Assembly: GCF_000400465.1 (NCBI RefSeq)
Contig: NW_008806278.1
Coordinates: 142,592-174,591 of the forward strand
Reading direction: 5' to 3'
Length of the DNA stretch: 32,000 nucleotides
From: Wallemia ichthyophaga EXF-994
Taxonomy: Eukaryota > Fungi > Basidiomycota
The position numbers and the translations under genes are program-made. The notes under the pieces are model-generated. The model was not told the DNA's origin, did no database searches, and saw only the letters and a program-made list of their open reading frames with translations. Every line of letters begins with the position of its first letter. The first letter of the stretch is position 1. This document shows positions 12,192-22,507 of this stretch, one piece after another.

Positions 12192-12916
12192 TTATAAGCG
12201 CTTATGCTGAGCAGCAGATGCGGCACAGATGTGGAAGACTGGGAGAGGGTGAGACAAGTGAAAATTTAGTCAAAGAAACGCACGCTGTTTCTCCAGCTCA
12301 TCCATGCCAGCTTTGAAGTCAGTTTCGAAGCCCTTATCGTCGACGCTGCCTTCATACTGACCTAGGTCGAAGATGTCAATGAGGCGATTAGTGAAAGCTA
12401 GACGGAGGGACTGTTGCAGTTTGAGGTTATCCTCGAGGAGATCGCTAATGCGTATACCAAAGGAGTACCAGAAGTGGTTAAGATTTGCGAGTTTGACGAA
12501 AGAAGGAGACGCGATGAGAGCGTTTGTCACGCGTGTGGAGAATGCGGGAGGAATGGATAAGTTCAAGAAGTCATATTCACTGTGCAGTGGTTTCAGTGGC
12601 GTACTTTGTCGTATAACCATTCAACTCACGATAAAGCTAGCGTTGAAGACAGCCAATAGGGTAGATCTATTTTAGCGCCTTCTTTAATCTGAGCGTGTTA
12701 GGTGGGGTAGAAGACGCGTAATTTACGACTGCCACTCACATCGTTTTCAAGACCACCTTGAAGCCAGCCTTGTCCTGGAACATTGGTGAGGAATTCAGAG
12801 GGAACTTTCTGAACCGAGTAAGTGAATTGAATAAGCGTATATAAAAACACCATAGCCACCTGGTTGTCTGCAATTATTGAGTCGATGGAGTAGTACGAAT
12901 CGAAGTCGATTGTCAT
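12192..12916 (-). CDS. PSF3: GINS complex subunit Psf3 (175 aa)
   Basis: YYSIDSIIADNQKVP, IDLPYWLS and GMDELEKQLF motifs. Five exons (introns 12809-12859, 12689-12739, 12580-12629, 12239-12283) total 528 nt. Confidence 0.88.
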
Positions 12917-13026
12917 TGAAGTTAGCTGAGGAGATGTAGATATCAATATGAAGACAAATAATAAATATAAATACAAACAAATTGAAATATATTCAAATCA
13001 AAAGATATCCTCCTTGACTTGCAACG

Positions 13027-16000
13027 ATGAACCCTGCTGATGGATTGATCGACAAGATACTCAACACAAATCATCTGCCATCTCGAACGGCGTTTATGAT
13101 CGCTGTGGGCGTATTACTCCTCTATCTCCAATGGCAGGCGATATTGGTTGTATTGCTGGCTGGGTGGGTTTCTATCCCAGGCTGATCGACAGCGGAGATG
13201 CTGAAATGCTGCAGATTCCTTGCCACTTCAGATCATTTCACTTTCACTGTCAAAACGCTCTTACAAGATGTTGGTTTTGGTTATGGCGTGCTAGAGCCTG
13301 AGCTTAGCTGACGGTGACTACGCAGGACAGTGGTCCTCCTATTAATCCCATTGATAATCTCAATGACAGCAGAAATATATCACTTAAATCACTTGCACCG
13401 ATATCATCACTTGGAGATAGTGATATACACCGGCAGAGCACCTACACAGACAAATTGGATGTCTTGCCTGAGCTATACGAGCCACTAGATTCTACTTTAG
13501 ACTTGATTGTACGCGATTTCGTCAACTGGTGGTGCGCGTCGATTATTGTCACTTGACCCACCTAACAAACTCTTAGGTACATCCCATTAGCACTCAATCC
13601 GCCTGATTTGGCTTTTCCTAGGGAATGCAGGAGGAGTTTAAACCACCTAACTTCGTCTATCTGCCAGAGAGTAGTCGCAGGTCGCAGCGGGAGTGATATT
13701 GTGAGGTCAAAGTATACCAATGGCTAACGACAAAGCACTGACCATTTCATAACACTCCAGGCTATCTTTATTTTCTGTTCTACCGCACAGACGCTCTTGA
13801 GAGGGCTGAGGACCCGCCGGATGCCGTCTCAGAACAGCGGATCGACAGTGGAACCCAAGGAAAATCAAGATTATCACCCCTTGCTACGCAGCACAGCTGC
13901 TCAAATACTTGCACTATCTTCAGCACCTGCAGATGCGGAGAATGGGGCTTTGCAGTCCCTCCTCACTGAGATTATTGCTGGTCAGATAGAGGCGGCGGTT
14001 AGCATACTCACGCCAGACTGGGTCAATCTCACCGTAATTGCCTTGTTTGAAGACGAGAAGAAGGAGCAAAGAGTGCGCGAGGAGGCTGAGCGGATGAGGG
14101 TGAAGGTGGAGCAGGTCGTCAACTCTGATACCGTTCCTGGGGAATATAAGGAGGATGATGAGTGTGGTGATAATGAGCATAAACATGAGCATGAGAATAT
14201 GCATGGAAATGAAATAACTATACCAGACAATCACGACAATGACAACACAAAACGCAATCAACAGACAAACAAAACGCGTCAACAGCGTCCGCGTAGAGAA
14301 ACTCACCATGGTCAGAGACCTTCTATTTCCACGTCAATTTTAGAGAAAGAAGGCCCACTTCCAGTTGATGAGGAGGATCTAGGTGCGACAGCTAGCGAAA
14401 AGAAGACAAGAGTCGTCTCGCCCTTCACCAAACCAACACATGAAGCAATTGGTGATATAGGAGTGAAAGAGGAGGAGGATAAGGTGGGAGTGAAAAGGGA
14501 TGCTACACCAACGCTGCGAGAGATATTAGCCCAAAGGAACAATTCCGAGTTATATGATGATTTCGAGCGGTTCCTGGAGATGAGAAGAAGGGAGGGTTTG
14601 TTGCGGCTGCTCACTCAAGTGACGACATTCAAAGAGATAGTGACAATAACGAGTCCGTCGGAACCAATTTTCAGACAGGATGCTATAGCTCTGCTGGCTA
14701 GAGCTGAAGAGGCTGTCGTTCCTGGAGATGTGAGGTTGTTGGAGAGCATCAACGCAACCAGAATGAAGATAGATGGAGATGCTTCTCTCAACGCTTTCCT
14801 GCCCATCGAAGTGGAGATATACACCAATCTCGAGAATGAATATGGCACATTCACAATGATCAAGCGAGATGGTGAGAGTATACCAAGTGGGAGTGTACCT
14901 AGTGTACCATCAACCAACTCGGAGAAAGAGAGCAGTGAAGTAAACACGCCGCGCACATCTGGCACATCTAGAACATCGATGGAAGTGCAACCGAAAGAAT
15001 TTGAACCGAGCTACTACCAACGCCACACCAAGGTAGATGTGACAGATGTATCAACGCCGTCGCCTCGCGACTTTGTAAATGGTAAGACGTTAGAGGTGAT
15101 GGTGGCTATAGAAGAGGAGGGGGAGTCAGGATGGATGTTATTCAGACGATGGGTGGAGTTTGAGAAACTGGACGGTGCACTGCAGAAAGCCTTTCCTATG
15201 GCAGGCACAGCGAGCTTTCCGCGCGCGTACCTGCCCACACTGAAGCATAAGAGGAGCTCAGATGTGTGTGCATTGCTCGCCGCTTATATCAAGACACTAC
15301 TGATTGATCCGCGTTATTCTCGCTCTGTAATCGTGACAGACTTTCTGCGCAAGGAGCAGACGGGCGCGGGTGGTAAGAACGGCACAAGCGCATCAGGTGG
15401 GACTGGGAATGGTAGGAATAGCAAACTTTTCAACCTCACTCAGCCAGGTAAGACATTTAGCGAATTTGCTCAGGCTGTCTCGGATATTGGGGTGAATAAG
15501 AAACGGCTGTCATTTCCTGGACCATTGGGTGGTAAGGGTGGTAGAGGCCCTGCTGTATCAACTGCACCACCTACACCACCCAAAGAAGTAGCAGAAGTAA
15601 CAGATGCCTCAGATGTAGCTAGTAATGATACCATCAACGAGGTTGATATGAGGACGCCGGCGGAGGAGGTCGATCACAGCGCCTATGCGACTGTTGGAAG
15701 TGAGAGCAAGAGCAGTGAGGAGGAGGAAGAAGAGGAGAGCGTGGGGAGTGAGAGCGAGGGCGCACCCAGTGCAACAGTAGCATATGAAGATGATGATGAT
15801 ATAGCAAATAACACCACCACCACACAGCCAACGACCACACCGCCTATGAACGACGAGGATCTCAATCTAGTGCTTAATTCGATATTCTCAATACTAGAAG
15901 AGGCGTATGAGTTGAGTGGGCAGCAGTGGTCGCTGAGGCGTGGATTTGTGGGTGATGCGCTTTATGAGTTTAATTCGTTTGCTGACATTGCACCAGTTCA

Positions 16001-16377
16001 GAGTGCTTGAGAGGGTGATCAGGACGTCATACTCGAGTACAGTGCGTACGGCGTTACAGTCGATAGTGGAGGGAGTAACGAATGTGAGGAATGTAGCCCA
16101 GGTGCTCAATTCGCTCAAAGACGCACTGTGGCCGCCACCAATGCGTGAGTGGGGTGTAGGGGTGGATGAGAGTCGTAGCGATGAAGAAAAAGTTCAAACG
16201 GCACAGACAGCCAGACAACTCCTGATAGACAACAAACCTAGCGCCCTTTCGAGTGCTATGGGAGATAGCGCGACTAGAGACGCTGTGATACTCCTCCATG
16301 AGCTGTTCCAGGATGAGAAATTCTGCCAGGAGGTTGGGACATTGCTAGCGTTGGATTTGTTGCGTGTGTGTTTGTAA
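13027..16377 (+). CDS. PXA-RGS-PX-Nexin_C sorting nexin (Mdm1/SNX13/SNX14 family)
   Basis: N-terminal hydrophobic segment; PXA-like LDLIVRDFVNWW; RGS-like TLREILAQ..YDDFERFLE; PX-like WMLFRRWVEFEKLDGAL; Nexin_C-like WSLRRGF|FRVLER and LKDALWPP. Intron near 15948-15996. I could not resolve the 5' exons (13027-13800), so the start is tentative. Confidence 0.82.
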
Positions 16378-16430
16378 TAAGGGTTTATAAAGGTATTAAA
16401 AGATGTATTTTAATTGGTTGAATACATACG

Positions 16431-16910
16431 ATGATGATGTTTAGGGGAGTGTCGAGATTAGCGGGTAAAAGATGCGCGTACTCAACAGCAGCTGCGAATA
16501 CCAATAGCGGTAGTGGTAGTACGACTGCTGTAAAACCCCCTCAACCATCACAGCCACGTTCTGCGGTCAACACGACGCAGGAAAGAGGGAACCCAGTAAC
16601 GGAATTGCCCGAGCAAGCAGATAACAGGGCCACAAAATGGTCACCAAGGCAGAGAAGCAAAGAAGACGCATTCGTTGGAGCCAGATTTGAGCAGAAGAAC
16701 TTGGGACTTCAGCCAAATCCAAAGGCAGCGATTGAGCTGATAGCAGATGAGCCAGTTAGATTGGTTGAGGGACGTGTGGCTAATTGTGACGGTGGCGGTG
16801 GACCACTCGGACACCCAAAGATATACATCAAGTTGGACAAGCCAGGTGCCCATGCATGTGGATATTGCGGGATTAGATTTGAGCAAGCGTTGCATGATCA
16901 TGGACATTAA
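16431..16910 (+). CDS. NDUFS6: Mitochondrial complex I zinc-finger subunit (NDUFS6/NUMM, zf-CHCC)
   Basis: [32 protein letters not shown] zinc-binding motif; basic N-terminal presequence. Confidence 0.95.
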   Translation: MMMFRGVSRLAGKRCAYSTAAANTNSGSGSTTAVKPPQPSQPRSAVNTTQERGNPVTELPEQADNRATKWSPRQRSKEDAFVGARFEQKNLGLQPNPKAAIELIADEPVRLVEGRVANCDGGGGPLGHPKIYIKLDKPGAHACGYCGIRFEQALHDHGH

Positions 16911-16931
16911 AAAACTCTTGAATGAATTTGA

Positions 16932-17040
16932 TTTTACAAGTCTACTTGATTTCTACAAGTTTACTTGGATTTTTGAAGTCTACTTGAATTTTATAAGGTT
17001 ACTTGAAATTTACAAGGCCATTTCACTTTTACAAGTCTAA
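16932..17040. repeat. Degenerate ~19-bp tandem array, consensus about TTTACAAGTYTACTTGAAT, 4 clear and 2 partial copies
   Basis: Units read directly from the sequence: TTTTACAAGTCTACTTGAT, TTCTACAAGTTTACTTGGAT, TTTTGAAGTCTACTTGAAT, TTTATAAGGTTACTTGAAA, TTTACAAGGCCATTTCACT, TTTACAAGTCTAA. Confidence 0.85.
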
Positions 17041-17601
17041 TAAGTCTTTAACTGATGATACAGCCTCTTCTAACACCTCATCTCTTCCTCTGTCAATATC
17101 GACAGCCCTTACATCACACTCACTTTCATCTGGCTCTTCTAGCGTCTCCAGCTGGCTATTGAGCATCTTGGACGTCATGAAATGCCCCTTCCTCGCTGCC
17201 ATTCGAGCTTCTAGTGCTTGTTGAGTGCCTTTGAGATAGAGGAAGTATGTCTGGATAGGCAGGAACTGAGTGTTATTATCTACATTGGTCTCTCCACGCA
17301 GTGTGTCTCTATAGATCTTCTTCAACGCCGAACACGCTATGAGGATCACTGGTCGTTTCTCCATTCTACTCTCACTCGCATCACTAATATCTTGTGCTCG
17401 CTGGTGTATACGCTGCAGCCACGGCTGTCTATCCTCATCACTGAGAGGCACCCCGCGCGTCATTTTATCGACGTTGGTCTCCGGATGGAGATTGTCGCCG
17501 TCGATGAATTCTACGTTGAGAGTGCTGGATAGGCCTTCACCTATGGTACTCTTACCGCAGCCAGAAGTACCCATTATAATAATCAACGCTGGTCTTTTCA
17601 T
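17029..17601 (-). CDS. Gluconokinase (GntK/IdnK family)
   Basis: P-loop MGTSGCGKSTIG, IDGDNLHPETNVDKMTRGVPLSDEDRQPWL, ACSALKKIYRD, GHFM..KMLNSQLETLEEP. Confidence 0.95.
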   Translation of the reverse strand: MKRPALIIIMGTSGCGKSTIGEGLSSTLNVEFIDGDNLHPETNVDKMTRGVPLSDEDRQPWLQRIHQRAQDISDASESRMEKRPVILIACSALKKIYRDTLRGETNVDNNTQFLPIQTYFLYLKGTQQALEARMAARKGHFMTSKMLNSQLETLEEPDESECDVRAVDIDRGRDEVLEEAVSSVKDLLDL

Positions 17602-17772
17602 GATTTAAGGGGGTTTAAGTGGGTGTGGTGGATGATGCTGTGAATGACGTCGTTTGAAATGCCAAATGAATTCGGAAGATTAGGCGGGTGAGCCGGTCAA
17701 GTCGGTGGAATATAAATATTATTATATTTACACCTGTATTCATAGTCCACTGATACATTCATCTCTCTCTTC

Positions 17773-19263
17773 ATGACATCCACCACTAAGATAGCGGAAT
17801 TACAGGAATTATTAAGCATCGAGGACAGTGAATTGGCAGAGGATCTTCTCAGTCAGAGTGGCTGGAATTTGCAGGGGGCTGTTGAGTGCTATTTCGATAG
17901 GCAGCAGAACCCACAGAGTACACAGAACACCCAGCAATATCCACCCAATTCCTCTGTAGCTAATGTTGGCTTAGGGGGCACGTCTCGATTAAGTGCATCT
18001 CCACTATCTCCACTTTCTCTACTCTACAATTTATACCGCGGTTTGGTCTACCTGGCTGTGAAGATACTAAGACTCCCAATCTGGCTTTATTCCTTTGTGT
18101 TCAACTATAATTCACTCAGCCAGCCACCTACTTACATCTCCCCACAAGATGCTAACTCTCTCCTCATTTCGTCGATAACCCAGGCGGTGAACAGCGTACA
18201 AGGGCCATCTTCAACAACGACCGCACTTAGCAATGCAGGCAACACAAATACACCCACACAGCCATCTCTTCCCGCTTTTTACACAGGCACTCCCTCAGAA
18301 GCCATCAAAGAAGCGCGAAACACAGCTCAGTTTGGCATAATAGTCGTGATAGACGGGAGTGAGACAAGCACCCAATTCAAGCACTCAACGCTCGCCAACG
18401 CTCATTTCGTAAGGCTGGTTGAAGAACACCAGTGTCTCGTTTACGTCGGTGATGTCACTGTAGATAAGCACGCGTATGAGTACGCGACGGGGTGTAGTGT
18501 AGTTACATCTGCATTTCCTTACGTACAGCTTTACTCCCTCCAGGCACTCCCCACTCGTTCCAATCCACTCGTCTCCACACCCACCATGTCCCTTCTGGGC
18601 AGTGTGTCGGGCGGGGATACGCTTGGCGACTCCTTCGTAAACTTTCTCTCTTCACGCTATTTGAGGCGAGTGGGTGCGTATCTAGGCAGATTGCGTCTGG
18701 AGAAATACGAGGCTCAGCGCAGATCTTACCTTCAAGAAGCAGCGGAAAAAGAGGAGACTGATCGTATGCAGCGTGATGCTGAGAGGGTTATGCGCAGAAG
18801 GGAAGAGGTTGCACAAGAGAAGAGGCTGGCTGAGGTGGCTGCTCGAGAGAGGGAGATAACCGAGTTGGAGAATGTGCGCAGAGAAGCCGCGTTGGTTGAA
18901 TACAAGAGATGGCTCAAGGGAACGCTCCCAAATGAGCCCCCTAACGGCATCAAATTGGCTTTTAAATTGCCTGATGGAAGGAGAATTGTACGCGGTTTTG
19001 CTCCACAAACACCCCTCCACACCCTCTACACTTATATCGATACCATTGACGTGGAACATGCATCAAACACACCGCATCCACCACTTACAGACTACTCGCC
19101 TCAATTCAACCTCTTCACTAGCTATCCTAGGAGGCTTATACCAGATGATATGGATAGAATGGTTGAGGATATCGACGTGTTGTCTAAGGGTGGATCTGTG
19201 GCAGTAGAAAGCACAGTCACATGCGATGATAGTGAGGAGAGCGATGGTGATGAGGAGGATTAA
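17773..19263 (+). CDS. UBA-UAS-UBX domain protein (FAF2/Ubx2-Ubx3 like Cdc48 adaptor)
   Basis: N-terminal UBA-like (LLSQSGWNLQGAVECYFD), thioredoxin-like UAS region (AFPYVQL), coiled coil, UBX domain (LAFKLPDGRRIVRGF..LYTYID..LFTSYPRR). Confidence 0.88.
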   Translation: MTSTTKIAELQELLSIEDSELAEDLLSQSGWNLQGAVECYFDRQQNPQSTQNTQQYPPNSSVANVGLGGTSRLSASPLSPLSLLYNLYRGLVYLAVKILRLPIWLYSFVFNYNSLSQPPTYISPQDANSLLISSITQAVNSVQGPSSTTTALSNAGNTNTPTQPSLPAFYTGTPSEAIKEARNTAQFGIIVVIDGSETSTQFKHSTLANAHFVRLVEEHQCLVYVGDVTVDKHAYEYATGCSVVTSAFPYVQLYSLQALPTRSNPLVSTPTMSLLGSVSGGDTLGDSFVNFLSSRYLRRVGAYLGRLRLEKYEAQRRSYLQEAAEKEETDRMQRDAERVMRRREEVAQEKRLAEVAAREREITELENVRREAALVEYKRWLKGTLPNEPPNGIKLAFKLPDGRRIVRGFAPQTPLHTLYTYIDTIDVEHASNTPHPPLTDYSPQFNLFTSYPRRLIPDDMDRMVEDIDVLSKGGSVAVESTVTCDDSEESDGDEED

Positions 19264-19362
19264 GGTGCACAACGCGTGCGCTCGCATACACTTACTACCT
19301 GCATACATTTACACTTGCATACATAATTTACACCGGATTTGTCAATCAAACAGTCACCACAA

Positions 19363-20113
19363 ATGGTCTTAGAACACCTGATAGTGCCAGCGACGGCAAA
19401 ACAAACGGCGAGTTTAATATTTGTGCATGGCTTAGGTGAGGAGGATTTTTACAACATGATACACGTAACACCAACATACCACCCACACAGGCGACAGCGG
19501 ATATGGATGGAAACCAGTAGCGGAGCTTCTCAGTAAGAGTCTGCCACACGTCAAATTCATTCTTCCACACGCACCGAGCCAGCCGGTGACGGTGAACGGG
19601 GGGATGTCGATGCCATCCTGGTTCGACCTCACGAGTCTGACGCTGGAGGGCACAGATGATGAAGATGGTCTGCTCAAGAGTGCTTCTGAGATCAACAAGC
19701 TAGTCACTGCAGAGGTGGATAGCGGTATCCCATCGCATCGCGTTCTCGTCGGCGGCTTCAGCCAGGGATCCTGCCTCGCCTTCCTCGTTGGTCTATCTAG
19801 CGAGCGCAAGCTGGCCGGTACTGTTGCTCTCTCCGGCTGGCTTCCTCTGCGTCATAAAATCAAATCCATGCTCGGACCTCACCACCAACATTTACCTATT
19901 TTCCAGGCGCACGGAAGTGACGATCCCGTCGTCGCTACTAAATACGCCGATTTTACTAGCTCGTATATCAAGTCACTCGGTTTCAAGGATGTGCCTGTGT
20001 CGCAGCCCCAGAATGGCGGTATCTCCTTCACGAAATACGACGGTATCGGCCACGGCGCGTGTCAGGAAGAGCTGCAAGACCTGGCAGAGTGGCTAGTGAA
20101 GGTGCTCGGATAG
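19363..20113 (+). CDS. Acyl-protein thioesterase 1 / lysophospholipase (231 aa)
   Basis: IFVHGLG|DSG across a 55-nt intron (19436..19490); HAP..PVTVNGGMSMPSWFD; nucleophile motif GGFSQG; HGSDDPVV; terminal catalytic His in GIGHG. Confidence 0.93.
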
Positions 20114-20149
20114 TGTGTAGTGGAACCATTTTGTACTATACTCTTGCCA

Positions 20150-21025
20150 ATGAACAGTACTTGGAAAAAACCAGACAGACAGACAGACATCCTCACACAC
20201 CCACGCAACAATATTGCCATTACCAACGACGGATACTCGACTTACTTCTCCAACCTGTGCGCCGCTTACCCCCTCAAATTGCTCACGCCAGCTCTGCGCA
20301 CAGGACCGGTGGGTGTAGGGATATGCTACACGCTGCAGTATGGCGGGGGGTTAGTATCTGGTGATATTTGCGATCTCAGCGTGGATATACACCACAGAAG
20401 CACTCTCATTCTTCTTACGCAAGGTTCTACAAAGGTGTTTAAGAGTAGCGGGAAGACGTCGCAGCAGAAGTTGATGGTAAATGTTCACCCCCACGCCACG
20501 ATAGTCTCCCTCCCAGACCCTATCCAGCCCTTCGCGCACTCCCGCTACAAGCAGAAGCAGGATTTCTTCTTGGATGGCACTTCCTCTGCTGTTATCCTTG
20601 ATTCTCTCAACAGTGGTAGAAGTGCTTGTGGAGAATACTGGGATTTCGATCGCTACACCTCCATCAACTCCATCTACGTCGATGGACATCTCATCGTAAA
20701 AGATAGCGTACATCTAATTCAACCTGATATACAAACACGCTTGCATCCCTTTCACGCTTACGCCATGCTTTTCCTCATCGGCGAAAAGACTAAAAGTATA
20801 CGTGAAGATTTTCACACTCAGCAGTCATCTCTAAACTCTGTATTAAATGGCAGATTCCATGTCGGTAGTCGTCCAATCTGGTCTCTCACTAACATTTCTC
20901 CACAAGCCTCCGTTGTACGCTTGGCTGGGAAGGACGACGAGTCTATCAAACACTTTCTCGGTGAGAGGTGCACTCAGCTAGAAGATACCATCGGTAATGA
21001 GGCCTTTGTGAGATGCTTCAGATGA
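20150..21025 (+). CDS. ureD: Urease accessory protein UreD (fungal Ure4 type, ~291 aa)
   Basis: YPLKLLTP, YGGGLVSGD, LLTQGSTKVFK, LPDPIQPF..SRYKQ.Q, SGRSACGEYWDF motifs. First in-frame ATG at 20150. Confidence 0.9.
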   Translation: MNSTWKKPDRQTDILTHPRNNIAITNDGYSTYFSNLCAAYPLKLLTPALRTGPVGVGICYTLQYGGGLVSGDICDLSVDIHHRSTLILLTQGSTKVFKSSGKTSQQKLMVNVHPHATIVSLPDPIQPFAHSRYKQKQDFFLDGTSSAVILDSLNSGRSACGEYWDFDRYTSINSIYVDGHLIVKDSVHLIQPDIQTRLHPFHAYAMLFLIGEKTKSIREDFHTQQSSLNSVLNGRFHVGSRPIWSLTNISPQASVVRLAGKDDESIKHFLGERCTQLEDTIGNEAFVRCFR

Positions 21026-21164
21026 TGTATCAATGAATGAATTTAAGCTGGTTATTTTGTACAATGTAAATTATAGATTATGTATATGTAGATATACGTA
21101 GAAACATTAGGAAAACGTAAAGAGAAATACGTGAAATACGTCAGTCTTTATTTCGCATCTTATA

Positions 21165-22378
21165 TCAGTTAGTCACGTCCCTTGAACGCGTCTTGACACC
21201 CTTACCCAACCCTCTAACTTTATCCATCAAGCTTCTCTTTCTTGTGATCATTGGTTGTCCATCATTCTCCTTGTCTTTCTTTGGCGAGTTGGCAGAGTTA
21301 GTGTAACTCACTGGTGGTGGTGTTGCCGTCTTCTTGCTTGCAGGAGATGAAGGTGATGCTGCCGCTGTTGGAGGTTTAGGCAGATCCTTATCGTAAGCAC
21401 TTGGAGATGGTGATATGGAAGGTGTGTGACTCGCGCTCGAATTTGTACTGTAGTTCTGACTCTGACTCTGACTCTGATTCTGACCATGCTTAGGCGACTT
21501 TCTGCTAGATCTCCACCTCTGCAAAATAGACTGACTGCGATTGATAGTGTCACCCGTTCCCACCGTCGCGCGTCTTCTAGATCCGCCAGACCATTGAATG
21601 GGCTTGTCAGGGTCGATCTCCTCGCCCAGCTGTATTGGGCGTGGTGGAGGTATTCTCGAGCTTGGTTTTCTCTGTGGCTTGGCTGGCAGAAGAGGTGATT
21701 CTTGATAATTGCTATGCATATGTGACCTGCCTGCTGGCTGATTTGGTGCACCTGCGCTGAAAGCCTCCCAGGGCTCCTCTTCATGCTTTCCCCAAACCTC
21801 TAACAATGGATTGCGTTTCTTCTTGTCCTCTCTAATTCTCACCTCCTTCTCTTCCTCTGTTTCAACAGGCTTGACGTGCTGCGACTCAGCCAACATCTGC
21901 GCATCGAACGCCTTAACAGGTGCTTTCTTGTGGTTGTTACGTGAAGGTGATGCTGCATCGTATGGACTGTCGTGGTGCCAGACTGGAATAGCGTTATATG
22001 TCAGCCTCAGCCTGTTTACTACCAAATCATTCCAGACTCACGGGCTGATCCTGTAACTGCGGTGACATCCCAGCTATCAATTACATCAAAATGCTTTCCA
22101 GGCTTCTTGTCTGGCTTTGAATTCGTCGTATTCGATCTGCTCATTTTGGCTGATCGCTTTGCTGTGCTATCTGGAACGGTCAAGTGGTTGGAATCGTCGT
22201 GCGTACGTGATCTCGACAGCGGAAGTGAAGTTTGCTGTGGGAGCTTTGGCGATGGCAGAGGCTTTCCCTGGACGCTAACGACATCCTTCAATGCCGCCTT
22301 GTACGCGTCTGTGGAATTAGCGTGCTTTGGTGGTGGTGGTCTATCCGTTGGCTCTGAGCCATTGTTAGATGTATTCAA
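21165..22378 (-). CDS. PAL1: Pal1-family protein (cell morphology/endocytosis, 384 aa)
   Basis: A 59-nt intron (21983..22041) yields HFDVIDSWDVTAVTGSALWHHDSPYDAASPSRN..KAPVKAF, matching the Pal1 core (DxIDxxD.T....HHDGPFDA..P.RN..APM.AF). Confidence 0.8.
21456..21483. repeat. Coding hexanucleotide microsatellite (CTGACT)n encoding QNQSQSQSQ in the Pal1 protein
   Basis: Plus strand reads ctgactctgactctgactctgattctga. Confidence 0.8.
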
Positions 22379-22507
22379 GTAGCCTATTTATAGACCTACT
22401 AAACGCTGTCATTGATTATTTCTTTATTTCTTATTTTCCACAATGGATTATGATGCTCGGTTCGGTTCAAAGGATCAAGGGCGTGCGTGCACGCCAATGA
22501 ATTAATT

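Noticed and set aside
12192-12272. TGA-CTA readthrough context after the PSF3 ORF with an extension ending ..HKRL*, resembling cryptic peroxisomal targeting
   Set aside because: The TGA lies inside a 45-nt intron (12239-12283; GTGCGT donor, GACTAA branch, CAG acceptor). Splicing gives the normal Psf3 C-terminus, and KRL is not a canonical PTS1.
16932-17040. CRISPR-like array
   Set aside because: Units are contiguous without unique spacers, the context is eukaryotic, and there are no cas genes.
19264-19362. Possible UBX-APT1 in-frame fusion (99-bp gap, same frame)
   Set aside because: There is an additional in-frame TAA at about 19324-19326 within the spacer.
20174-20190. (CAGA)4 microsatellite near the UreD start
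   Set aside because: Too short to be significant; it encodes PDRQTD in a variable N-terminus.
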